The notes beneath the pieces were generated by a model. It saw nothing but the letters and a program-made list of their open reading frames with translations. It searched no databases and had not been told where the DNA came from. A DNA stretch of 63,763 bases, the filler included, from Nemertoderma westbladi (taxonomy: Eukaryota; Animalia; Xenacoelomorpha), in assembly GCA_032718475.1 (NCBI GenBank). It is 5 parts of 5 records of this genome, joined end to end, with 100 filler letters (N's around TTAATTAATTAA, not from the genome) between each part and the next. Parts side by side here need not be neighbours in the genome. Positions count along the whole stretch, not along the records: positions 47,639 to 58,696 come from JAUCBJ010003889.1; positions 58,797 to 63,763 come from JAUCBJ010002665.1; 3 more parts are not named here. One strand, given 5' to 3'. Of the stretch, positions 50,228 to 61,878 are shown one piece after another (the stretch's first letter is position 1; each line of letters opens with the position of its first letter). Position numbers and translations under genes: made by a program.

Positions 50228-53200
50228 TGTTAAGTTCTTGCATTGGGGATAAAGGATTATTTAGCGTAAGTGGTTCTGCTGGTAATTTGGCATGTAAACG
50301 TGAACATTCGAAACAGTTATGAACTATATTTTCGATATCTTTCGTCATTTGGGGCCAGTATACATAAGAACGAGCTAACATTTTCATAGGTATTGTCCCT
50401 GCCAGCCTGCGTGAGAAATATGGAGATCATGAAGAACATTTTCAACTTCTGCAGAACGTAGTACAATGCAGTTATCTTTTAGGATGATTGCATTATCAAC
50501 TGTAAGGTCGGATTTTATTTTTGAAAATGATGCTGCATACTTTGAATTCGAAAAGTTGTTAGTGCTTAATGCATTCAATAATGCTAAATAATCTTTATCC
50601 TTTGATAGTCGGCACCGCAATAAACCATCTGTGGTGATGCGATTTACCTTAGGGTTGTTGTTTGGGTTGTTTTGTTTGGTCAAAGCACCAATGGCTGCTA
50701 CTGTGCAACATTGGGAGAAGGTGTTGGCTTCTAGCAAATCATCATCACTTGGTGGGTCTACAGGGGCACGTGATAGTGCGTCAGCAATCAAATGGTCCTT
50801 GCTGGATATCCATTGAACCAGAAAGGAATAATCACATCCAGTTGAGAAGTTGTGTGTTTTCAATATCAGTCCATGATTTCTGAAATATTCCGATGAAGGG
50901 CCTGTGGTCAGTTTCTACAATAAAGTTTGGGGCTCCTTTCAGGAAATATTTACAGCGATTTATGGACCAAGCTATGGCCAGCATTTCAACTTCTGTGACT
51001 GAATAACGAGTTTCTGCTGTTTGTAAATATCTTGAACCACATTGAAATAGTGCATAAGATCCATTTTCGCCTTGTTGTAATAATGTAAACCATAGACCAT
51101 TGAGACAGCTGGCATCAGTGACAAGTTTTAAAGGGGCTCCTTGATTAAACATTCCAAGGACATGTGTTGACAATAATATATTTTTTTGATATTGGTGAAT
51201 GCTGTATCATGTTCAGGAAGCCATCGAAATACGTTATTGGTTGTAAGTAATGGGCGTAATGGTGTAGTTACAGTTGTAAGACTTGGGGTGAAACCGGCTA
51301 ATTGGTTAGCAAGTCCTAAAAAGCTGCAAAGTTCGGTGCGGGATGTTGGTGTTGGGAAGTCTTTAATTGCCTTGACTTTATTTGGATCAGCAGAAATATT
51401 TCCTTTTGAAATGTTGAAGCCTACATATTACCGGTATATTGATGTTGCAGCCATTATAGACTTCTTTGGATTTATTGTCATTCCGTAAGAAGAACATCTT
51501 TCCAGCACTTCACTCACTGTATTAATAAGCTCGGGAATTGTACAAGCCACTAAACCAATATCATCATCCATGACCTTTGTCAAGTTTTTTATTCTACTCA
51601 ATGCATGATCAGTTCTATATGCGAATGAGTCACCGCTTGAGGTAAATCCCATTGGAGTTCGTATAAATCGGTATTTGCCACGGTGAGTTATAAAAACTGT
51701 ATACCATGAGCTTTCTTCATCGAGGGGAAGTTGCCAGTAGCCTTTAACAAGGTCGAGCTTGGCGAAATAGTTATGTTCAGGTTTAAACATTTTGATTACT
51801 CCTTCTGGTGTTGGGATGCCATGTATAGTACGTTTGACGTTTAATAGTACGTTTAAACTAGTGAGGTCTAGAGTTAGTCTAATATCTCCATCTAGTTTCC
51901 CTGTTACTGGGTGGCACCAGGCTGTTGGGATATCACCCACTGGGACAATGACTCCCATTTTATCCATGTAGTCCAAGGTTTTTCCAACTTTAGCACACCA
52001 ATGTATTGGTACATTACGCGCTACAGTGATGGCACTAGGTATGGCATCTTTAATAAGGTGAATTTTCATTGGTTCTCCAACGGTGTCACCACATAATGGT
52101 CGAAGTGAATGTTCATCTTTAAATACCTCTGCATAGATGTGACGAAGTTCTGAGTCAATAATTTTTATTGCTTCAGTGTTTGTTAACTTATTATGTGAAG
52201 TTATAAAATTTGTTTTGTCTTTCACAGACCAAATTTGGTCCTGTCCCTCTTTTATTGGCATGGGTTGTGGGTCTGGCGTTTCAATATTGTTGATTTTGAA
52301 ATTCTTAACTTCCTGTTGTTTTGTTTTGGGATTTGGTTTTGGGTGCGGAAAGTTACAGTGTATAATTTCTAGTTCTTTACAGGTTTCTAATGAGAGGAAG
52401 ACACGATTGATATGTTTGCACACATAAACTGTTGTGATGGTATTACACTCATTTACTTCAATTTTAGCATTGAATTTACCCAATTGAGCAAGTTCTTGTC
52501 CAGCTACATGCAGAAGTTTCAAATTCGAAGGCCGTAGGTATACATTAGTTCCAAATGTTGAAAGGAAATCATCCGCACCCATCAGGGTAGCTCCAGCTCC
52601 AGTATCAGCAACAGCATTGAATTTAAATTTATTTTCCCCAAAAATTAATGTTGCTATCATTTTATTTGAAGACTGAACAGTATTTGTCGCTATCATGACT
52701 GAGATGGTATTTTCATATTCAATATTGGATTCCTGATCAACCATATCATCCATGATTATTCCATCCTCTTCATCTTCGTCGTCGACTGCAAATACATTTT
52801 TAGTTTTTCTACAATAATTAGAAAAATGACCTTTTCGGTTACAGTTATGGCATGTAATTCCACGGGCGCGACATTTTTCACTGTTAGTATTATGTCCGTA
52901 ACGACCACAGTTCAGCAGTTACTGCATGATTGATGCTTCTGGTCATTGTACTGCGTTCTCGGGGTGTTTGGGGGTATATGGGATGTAAATTTGGATTGTT
53001 TGTATGGGGTTTTCTTTATGGCAGCCATATCTACACATGATGGTTGGTTTGTAACCGATTTTGCACCACTAATATTTGCTTCACGGGTAAATAAAAACTT
53101 CCACGCTTCTTCATAATTTGCTGGTTCTCGGTCCAATAGTTTCTCTACAGTTTCTTCATTATTGAGGCAGCAAACAAGTACAGCGCGCATCAGGATGTCT

Positions 53201-54051
53201 TCTGTCACATTTCTAACATTGCAAATATCGCCTAGTTCATGTAGTTTTACACGTAGAGACGCCATATTCATTCCAGAAGGTTGTTTAAATGTAAGTAATT
53301 TTCTCCAGTCAACATATGGGTTTCTCTGACTTTGTAAATAAGTACAAACTGTTGTTATAATTTCATCTAGGCTCAGGTTAGTATCAATATATATTCCAAT
53401 ATTGTGTCTGACGATATCTAGGAATACTGGGGTACACAGTTCAAACCACATTGCACGTTGTTGTCTATGTGGGAACTCCTCAATCCGTTGTGCATGGGCA
53501 TAGGTCGCCCAATAGAATTCCCACTTTACAAATGAGGTATAATCAATGTCGCTATCCAACTTGGGGGGTTTAGTTGGGGTATAACGTGGTAGTGGGTTAT
53601 GTTCTGGATGTCTTGCTGTTCCGGCGTTTTCATCTGCAGGTGAATCTACTGATCTGCACTTAGATAAAGATTCTAAAGTGAGACCGAACATTTCCTCGAC
53701 TTGGTCGAAGTCGTAGGCATTGCGGGTGCTGGACTCTGCCGCATTTAAAATTATGTCATTAATATCGCGTGCTTTCTGTAACGATTTTTCAGCACAATCG
53801 ATTGGGTATTGAACGCGGACTGGTTCTCCTCGACTAGCAGTGTCGGCAGTGAGAAACTGGTTCACAAAATCAATCGCTTTTTTCAAGGGTTTCTTGACGT
53901 TGAGGATATGGCCATCTCGAGTTTTTGTTAATTGTTTTATATCCATGTTTACGGAATATTCGTAGGACCCTAGTACCCGGGCCCTTGGCAACTTAGTGTT
54001 ATTCACCGGATTAATTAATCGTTTAACAGGTTCTTGCCTCGCACTGCGCCA
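50228..54051 (-). mobile_element. Gypsy (Mag-like) LTR retrotransposon internal region, degenerate gag-pol truncated in integrase
   Basis: PBS TGGCGCAGTGC (54051-54041), gag 52912-54006 with two CCHC knuckles after a frameshift, protease ADTGA, RT LDLVKGYWQ, RNase H VTDAS/TDHRP and integrase HHCC zinc finger. Confidence 0.9.
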
Positions 54052-54053
54052 TA

Positions 54054-55546
54054 TACTACTAGGATCAGCTCTCGGGCAAATACCACACCCTGGTTTGCCA
54101 TTCCACAGGGTGGGTGTCGCAAATGGAGTCAGATATGAGGCCTATCACCCATATCTACTCTGGCGCACATGACTCACCATTGGCTGTTGCAGCTCATCTG
54201 CTGGGTCATGCCCTGTGCCCTTGCTGCCAGGTGCAGGTCGCAGTGAAGTGCTCTCAGAGTGGACATGAGAACACTCTACTCCTGACCAGCCATTGGTAGA
54301 TCACCATCTGCCTGGTCAGGCCATATACCTGTATACCCCTGCAGCCAAGTATATGGGTCCTTAATCCAGGACCAAGGGCGTCCTTATCCCAGAACGAAGG
54401 GGGTCCTAGTTACAGGACCAGATTTGCCCTAGTAAGAGGGTCTATGCAGCTACAGGTGGCACCTCCTTTATGCTGCATGGAGGTGGCAAGTTTTCTTGAC
54501 CAATGACCTAGAATACCTGACCTGACCTGCGCCATATAGTCTATCCGTACAGAGGGAACAGTGATCACGAGAAGTGTAAGAACTGATATAATGGCAGTCA
54601 CTCATCAGTATAATGTCAACTAACTAATACTGTTATGAGGTAGTACTGCAATACCGGTCAGACGGTAAAATAATGCAACTCAGTGTGCAGTGAAGGTACC
54701 GGTATAACATACACAACTGCACAGCCCCCAGGCATGGCCTGAGACAGATAAAAAGACCCTTCACCAGGATACATATATAAACATACATATACAATGGCAA
54801 ACTTTCAGTTCATGAAAAAGTGCAACTTTTAGGTTTTGTGAATTTAGAGTAACACACACTAACAGGTGCCTTCTGGAACAAGTTAATGCTTGCCCATGTT
54901 GAAATGCTACCAAGACCGAATTCATGACCTTTAATGTTGATGGAAACTTGACAACCATTGATAATAATCAACTAAGGCAGGTCGATGACTTCCAGTACCT
55001 TGGATCATGGATAGAGAGTAGCAAAAAGGACATAGAAGTTAGGAAAGCAAAGGCTTGGGTAGCTCTATCAAAAATGGATACCATCTGGAAATCAGATCTC
55101 TCCAGGCACCTGAAGACCAAGTTCTTTCGAGCCACAGTGGAGTGTATTTTTATACGGGGGTGAGACCTGGACACTGACTAAATCACTTGAACAACGAATT
55201 GATGGTTGCTACACAAGACTACTAAGGGCAGCCCTAAACATCAGCTGGAGACAACACATGACAAACGCCGAGCTTTATGGTACAATACCACCTGTATCAA
55301 CCACCCTCCGTGAACGCAGATTAAGATTCAGTGGGCACTGCTGGCGAAGTAAAGACGAGGTCATACCAGATCTACTTCTCTGGCAACGGAAAGCGTAGTC
55401 GTGGACGACCTGCCATAACATATATAGATCAACTTGAAAGGGATACTGAACTTGGGAGAAACGAAATTGCGACAACTATGGAGAATCGGGAAGCCTGGAA
55501 GGATCTCATTTCCACTGTCCGAGTTCGCTCGACCTAGTAGTAGTAG
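54054..55546 (+). mobile_element. Second RTE family: internally deleted copy retaining the 5' UTR and RT C-terminus
   Basis: VDDFQYLGSWI, RATVE and RRLRFSGHCWR motifs, with tail cctagtagtagtagta. The 5' end tactactagg is the inverted complement of the tail. Confidence 0.75.
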
Positions 55547-55548
55547 TA

Positions 55549-55635
55549 TGTTGAATAGTATGTTTATTAAATTATAATTAATAAATAATTTAATTTATTC
55601 GATTTCGTTAACTCTTAGATGATTTACAGTATTTA
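55549..55635 (-). repeat. Remnant 3' end of the Gypsy 5' LTR
   Basis: Removing the RTE joins minus-strand ...AATAAAcatactattcaaCA-ta-TGGCGCAGT (LTR end plus PBS). Confidence 0.6.
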
Positions 55636-56839
55636 CCCTCGAAAATCATGGCCATACCACCCCGCCAAATTTAGACTTTGGGGTGGTATGGCCACAATAA
55701 CAACTGATAGGGACAGCCCATTAATACATTTAATACTGGTAAAGGCTATACTGTACTTTACTTTGTCAGTTTATTTAACTCCAGATCTCTGAAACCCATA
55801 TATATTCTATATTATTTTGTGATACAATATAGCGTAGGTGTATTATTCCACCTTCTCTAATTGTTAGTTATTCCACATTTTATAATTGTCAGATTCTACA
55901 TTGATATCATAATTTTTTTTCGTGCTCTACCTGTAGGTCTGGAGGTTGACTCAGTGGTTTTATATCCAAAAATGGCTATTTGTAGTACCGGTAATCTGGT
56001 AATACTAATTTACTACCTACAAACTACTTTCTAAATACATAAATAATGAAAATAACCCATAATGATAAATACTAGTCAGCTAGTTAAATCTTGTAGAATC
56101 GGGTGTTTTCTGTCACTTTTAAAAAAGGTCAAACCGGGTGATTTTCAAACCTGTGATGAAAACTTTTGAAATTTCTGGTGGGCTATTTTATAACAACTTG
56201 TAGTTCAGTTTATTGTCTGATATTTGAAAAAAAATGGCTGTTTCTAGGACAGAATTTCATTGTGATTTTTTTAAAAGTCATTCCAATGGCCTTACAAGAA
56301 CCTCATGAGAGGGGTGCTAAAGGCATTTGAAATTTATACAATACAGCAATATTGGTGGCCATACCACCCCGCCCTGGGGTGGTATGGCCACCCCAGTTTC
56401 TTTTTAAAAAAATCCCCTCTGGGGACGTGAAATCGAAAATTACCATGGGTTTCAAAAGTTTAATATATACACTGAGATGTGTAGGTTTCTTCCTAGGGGT
56501 GGCCATGATGGTTTCATGTAACTGTGCTCCCATGGGATTAAAAAAAGTTGAAAAAATGGCCATACAACCCCAGCCTACCCTACAGTTTCAATTATTGTTT
56601 GTCCTGTCACGTTCTGCTGTTTGGTAACAACTAAACAGTTTGTCCCCAGTCAGCCAGCAGTTGTCTGGTTGTCGGCGAGGTTCTAACTAACACCTTTTTT
56701 TCAGTTTAGAGTGTATTTCTGTATTATCGATATTGCTCCAGTAGAGCTGAAGACCATATCCAGATATCACTGTATCAGCTTGGCCTGATAGTTGGCGAAA
56801 AGTTTCATCTGAGCAGCTGAGCAAGAAATGTAATTAATA

Positions 56840-58624
56840 ATGTTTCTAATCTCGACTAATGTATTGAATAAGTGCAAACACCTAACATTGAAACGATTTA
56901 TCAACAACAGCTTTCACGTTGACATAAGGAATGCAGTTATTAATATTAAACCAATTTATCACAGATTCCACGGAAGAAGTGAATATTCCCAGACCCACAA
57001 ATTCAAGAAAGGGAATAGTTTATGGTGGTTCCCGTGGGGTGTGAGTGCGGCTTGTCTCGGAGCGTTGTGCGCTGGGGTTTTGTACGCTAAATCGGGAAAC
57101 TCATTAGTAGCTCATTGCGCTTCGTTGATTGAACCGCCAGATCTTTCAGCCGGTAATCCTGTTACCGGCACATCATCAGCAGCCGTTGACGAGCTCCCCT
57201 CTTACGTACCTTACCTACTCATAGGCGGCGGCACTGCGTCCTTCTCCGCTTCGCACAGCATCAAGAAGTTCGACCCTTCCGCGAAGATCCTCATCCTAAC
57301 CGACGAAGCCTTCGACCCGTACGAACGACCGCCACTCAGCAAACAACTCTGGTACAAATCGGACGTTAACCCGTCCCTCCTCCTCTGGAAGGATCGGAAC
57401 AGTTCCGGACGTTCCCGTCCCGGTTCCGCGTTCCACTTCCCGGACGTTCCTTACGTTCCACCCTCGCGACTCTCGGACTCCTACTTCGGGATATCCGTCG
57501 TACCGAACGCGCGGGTCGTGCGGTTGGACGCGAGTGCGCAGACCGTGTGGCTAAGCGACGGACGTTCGCTTCGCTACGGTAAGTGTCTCGTGGCCACAGG
57601 GGCCAGACCACGCGCTGTCCCGAGCACCGCGGGTCGGTTGATGATGACCTACAGGGACGGGAGCGACTTCGCAAGACTCTATAGAGACGCGCGAACCGCT
57701 TCCAGTGTTGTAGTAATCGGGGGGAGTTTCCTAGCAACCGAACTCTCCTGCTGTTTGTCGCACGTCGGAGCTGAGCGCGGATTGGCTGTTACCACGGTAA
57801 CGCGCGGCTCTGGGCTGCTCTCCTCCGTGCTACCGCGGTTCCTAAGCGACGCGTTGACGCACCGATTACGACGAAGCGGGGTTACCGTGGTAACGGACTG
57901 CGAGGTCACCGCGGTGACTCCGGGGACGGGCGGCGCGGTACACGTTGCCCTTAGCAACGGGGCGACGCTGCGCACCGACCTCGCGGTGTCCTGCGTGGGC
58001 GTTTCCCCGTGCGTCCGGTTGTCCGGAATCCGAACGGACCCGGAATCCGGGGCGATCGCGACCGACGCCACTCTCCGCGCGGACCGCAACGTCTGGGCCG
58101 CCGGTGACGTCATCGCTCCGACCCCCGCTCACCGACACTTCCCGTTCGCGTTGCAGACCGGACGCGTCGCCGGCGAGAACATGTCCCGGACGGACGCCCC
58201 GCCCCGTCGTATCGATTGGATTCCGGAATTCTTCGGGGACATCCGTCCGGGGTCCGACTGGATTGGTTACGAGGGTTTCGGAAACTGTTCGTCGCATCTA
58301 GAAACTTTCAGTTTGTTTTTATCCCCGGATAAAGAGCGCAATATTTCTGCTGCGACAGTCCCTGTAGAACCTCAGACAGACGGACTTCCCCAGTCCCACT
58401 TGGACCGGGAGGGAGTTATATTCTACTTAGAATCTCAGCGAATCGTCGGGGTTATGTTGTGGAACTTTGGTTTCGATAAAGTCGCCCAAACCCGCGCTTT
58501 ACTCGCTAGTCCCGCGGTCTACCCCGATATTAAATCCCTCGCTAAGCTTTTCTTCTACGAACCAGAAGGATTAGAGGGCGGTGACATTTCCGATGACGAC
58601 ATGGATATTTCATCGTCTAGTTAA
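56840..58624 (+). CDS. AIFM1: Apoptosis-inducing factor 1-like mitochondrial flavoprotein, intronless and divergent
   Basis: VPYLLIGGGTASF, PYERPPLSKQLW, YGKCLVATG, VIGGSFLATEL, VWAAGDV and GVIFYL...IVGVMLWN motifs. N-terminal presequence and TM segment. Confidence 0.85.
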   Translation: MFLISTNVLNKCKHLTLKRFINNSFHVDIRNAVINIKPIYHRFHGRSEYSQTHKFKKGNSLWWFPWGVSAACLGALCAGVLYAKSGNSLVAHCASLIEPPDLSAGNPVTGTSSAAVDELPSYVPYLLIGGGTASFSASHSIKKFDPSAKILILTDEAFDPYERPPLSKQLWYKSDVNPSLLLWKDRNSSGRSRPGSAFHFPDVPYVPPSRLSDSYFGISVVPNARVVRLDASAQTVWLSDGRSLRYGKCLVATGARPRAVPSTAGRLMMTYRDGSDFARLYRDARTASSVVVIGGSFLATELSCCLSHVGAERGLAVTTVTRGSGLLSSVLPRFLSDALTHRLRRSGVTVVTDCEVTAVTPGTGGAVHVALSNGATLRTDLAVSCVGVSPCVRLSGIRTDPESGAIATDATLRADRNVWAAGDVIAPTPAHRHFPFALQTGRVAGENMSRTDAPPRRIDWIPEFFGDIRPGSDWIGYEGFGNCSSHLETFSLFLSPDKERNISAATVPVEPQTDGLPQSHLDREGVIFYLESQRIVGVMLWNFGFDKVAQTRALLASPAVYPDIKSLAKLFFYEPEGLEGGDISDDDMDISSSS

Positions 58625-58696
58625 TATTGAATATTAATTTATTGTAATTCCGTAATAATATAGAGTGATTTCCAACTATCATGCCATTGAAGATAT

Positions 58697-58796
58697 NNNN
58701 NNNNNNNNNNNNNNNNNNNNNNNNNNNNNNNNNNNNNNNNTTAATTAATTAANNNNNNNNNNNNNNNNNNNNNNNNNNNNNNNNNNNNNNNNNNNN
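58697..58796. other. Artificial contig linker
   Basis: N44-TTAATTAATTAA-N44. Confidence 0.98.
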
Positions 58797-59132
58797 TACC
58801 AATACTTGCAATAAAGACCTCGATTACTGGAACCTGATAATTTCCATTTTTTAGTTAATAACAGATGTTGGAATATCGGCTTTTACGAAGGACCACTAGG
58901 GCACTCTGCAACCACTGTGCCGACACAAAGTTAATATTATGGCTAGGGTTGGTCTTGGGGTTCTAAGTTTATTAGAAATGGAAACCAATAATGTCACAAA
59001 ATGCAGAGCGAACAACTGCAAATTTAATAACTGATACAACATTATAGCCGCGAGCCGTGAGCTCTAATACAGTGCCGACTTTGTGAAGACGTCCCTGTGT
59101 TTAGGAAATATAAATTTAAATTTTTATTGCAG

Positions 59133-59366
59133 ATCTGATTACGCCTCGGTGAGACATTTATATAATTTACGGGAAGTGGACCCTCTGATAGAAGCCTACC
59201 AGTCTGGCCTGGAAGCAGCCAGACTCTGCCCCTTCACTGCCTACTTCCAGACCCGTGGTCTCCGCAGGGCTGGGGCTGCCCTGGTAACTCGCCTCTCTAT
59301 GTCTGATGTCCCACCCCAAGAGAAACTCGAAATACTCGTAAAGACCATCGAGGTGTTGACGTGCAG
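59133..59366 (+). CDS. ALPK1: ALPK1 exon (N-terminal helical domain)
   Basis: tattgcag|...EAYQSGLEAARLCPFTAYFQTRGLRRAGAALVTRLSMSDVPPQEK...|gtaagt. Phase 2, splices in frame to 60030. Confidence 0.7.
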
Positions 59367-60029
59367 GTAAGTCGCTAAGTAAGTAGGAGTAAGTACTAGT
59401 GAGTCATCTTAATAAACAATAATTAGTTCGCAAACCCAGCGGTGCGGTGCTTAGATAACTTAGCTTCTACAGCGGGGTGTAAATAATAAAATTGATGGTT
59501 GTGGTGGAGTTTTCACCCTTGGGTGTTAGTGTGGCGTCCTTTCTGCCTTAACACGATACACACTTAACACGTACAAGTACACATGCTTTACTTTTACTTT
59601 TAGTACAAACAGGTAGCTACTGCTTAAAAACCAAGCTCTAGCAAGGCATGAGTACCAAAATATGACCGATACGTTTTTACACAAATGAATGCGTGGTGAC
59701 AAATAGTATTTTTTTTAATGTTTTAATTATAAATAAACGTGTTTTAGTTTTAGTTTTTCTTACCTTTTCTATTTTGAATGAGAAAGGGGCAAGTTACTCG
59801 ATAAGAGCAGGTTAGCCCATTAGATCATTTGGCAGGTTACCAAATTAATAAACGAATTTATATTTCCCTTTTTATTTGTTACCACTTTCCCATTTTGTAC
59901 CTTTTTTTCTCTCTTCATCACCACTTCCCCCGCCTTAATGTTTTTACATAATGTATTATAAAAATGGCTATATTGAGGAATTGTCAGTATCAGTTTAGAG
60001 ACAATTGCGGTTTGTTTTTATTTCCGCAG

Positions 60030-61265
60030 TATCCTATGCATAGATCCCATGGAGACGTTGAACAGTAGCGAACAGTTGCACGAGTTTGTGAACGCGGCGC
60101 ACAATCTCGGCCAAGCGATGCGTACGGCAGGGATGCACTCCGCCCAGGTTCTATTGGACAACGTCACTGTCCTCTACCAGATACTCGCGGAATACGATAA
60201 GGGCGGCCGAGAATCCATCGATGGCAACATCAAAAACATCACCAACTCCGTTGTCGAGTTCGTTAAGGAGCTGCAAGGTTCAATAGATATCACCATAGAT
60301 ACAGGGGATAGGAGCTACTACGATAAATACATGATAGAGATTATACCCGTAGCCGGACCAAGTTTGGATATTAAAGAGTGCTTGATAGATCGAAGAGCAT
60401 CTCGTATGAAAGACGTAGGCGATCAAGATTGTAAAAGTCAGGGTGACAGTGTCGATTTCGCTAATAGTCTACTATCAAACACTAACTATGCTACCATTGA
60501 CTCTGATACCATCGGCGTGATATCAACCGATGCGACCACGGTAGCTGACGATCTGACGGGTGGGTCTATTAAAGATCCATCGGCGACCACCCTAATTGGT
60601 TTACTGGATTTAGACGCTTTGCCAGATCCAGTACGCGAATCAAAGTCACCGACGAAAAAGCGAGCAGACTTCCGTAAACACTTCCTAGAGACGGACAAAC
60701 GTCTCTCGATGTTACGGACTCCCACGGCGTTACCAAATAACATTTACCGAGCCATCGTCCACAAATACGTCCCGGGGCGGGACGATTGGGACAGACATTA
60801 CACCTTGCTGTACATCGGGGACAAACTGCCCCTCCCGAAGGACAAAGAAGGGAAACAACGGAACGCCTTCTGGGTGGGTTACGTTACGCAGGACGAGTTA
60901 ATCGGTCGCTATGTCGGTAAGATATTCCGACAAGAGAAAGTTGAAACTTTCGACGAGAGGAAAATCATGGAGAAATACAAGCAGGATATAAAGTGTCAGA
61001 CAATCGCGAGGGATTACGTGTCCGCGTTCAACGCGCGTCTCACCGGCGTGGCACTGCGGGGGGCCGCGAGGGTGCACGAGTTGCAGTACCTACCGGCAGT
61101 GTTCGTGGAGGTGTTGGGCAGCGAGATTAAGTTCGTCAACGTGGAGCCCTACATCGACGGGGAGTGGGTGAAGTTGAGTAACAACGGGGCCTGGGTGAAT
61201 CCGAGGTTCCGGGACGGGATAGGCGGGACTTTCTCGCATTTCAGCTACGAATGGTCAGAGAAAAG
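60030..61265 (+). CDS. ALPK1: ALPK1 exon (end of N-terminal domain, short linker, alpha-kinase domain)
   Basis: QLHEFVNAA, GKQRNAFWV...DELIGRYVGK, VEPYIDGEWVKLSNN and HFSYEWS motifs. ccgcag acceptor, gtgagt donor. Confidence 0.88.
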
Positions 61266-61655
61266 GTGAGTTACAACAATGTTACCATAACCGGTTATGG
61301 TAACATGCACGCAAAGCACCAATAATAAATTATAAAAAAAGAACAGGTTATGGTCTAGGCCTACACATACAAACAGAAACAACTGCGCACCCACCCATCA
61401 TAGTACCACGTGATTCATGTATTTAAATAAGATTATGTTTTCTGGTATTCTAATTACATTATAATAAACGTGATATAAATACGAATTTATTTCTTTCAAA
61501 TTTTGTTAATTCGTCCTTTTAATTGTTATGTATTTATTTACCATGTGTTTTATTTTAATGCCGGAAGGGTAGGTGAACGTATGGGTTAAGCTTAAGATGT
61601 GCGACCTTTCATCAGGTGTTTACTGTTTTGTTTATGGCCTTTCTTTGTCTTAAAG

Positions 61656-61878
61656 GGAAATGGTTGTGGATTTACAAGGTTGGATACCAGCTGCTGACGA
61701 GGATTTATTGTATCTTACCGACCCTCAGATTCACAATGAGAACGCAAGAGGACGCTATGGACTGGGCAACAGAGGGAATGCTGGAATACGAGATTTCTTT
61801 AAATCCCAACACAAAAATTGCAATCTTATATGTCAAGCAATGGGATTAAAACAGCCCTGGATCGATGATATTTTCTGA
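61656..61878 (+). CDS. ALPK1: ALPK1 last coding exon
   Basis: In-frame REMVVDLQGW...LYLTDPQIH...GNRGNAGIRDFF..QHKNCNLIC, the alpha-kinase zinc-binding tail. Confidence 0.88.

Larger units (their letters stand above)
50051..56580. mobile_element. Non-autonomous Tc1/mariner-pogo-like TIR element with TA target duplication, hosting nested retroelements
   Basis: TA-gggtaaaccggggttgtatggcca ... tggccatacaaccccagcctaccc-TA. Internal tggccataccacccc subterminal repeats. Confidence 0.8.

Noticed and set aside
56745-56810. Hammerhead ribozyme (CTGAAGA...CGAAA)
   Set aside because: The stem II closing pair and stems I/III with a cleavage triplet could not be built. Similar partial cores at ~37732 and ~61610 also fail.
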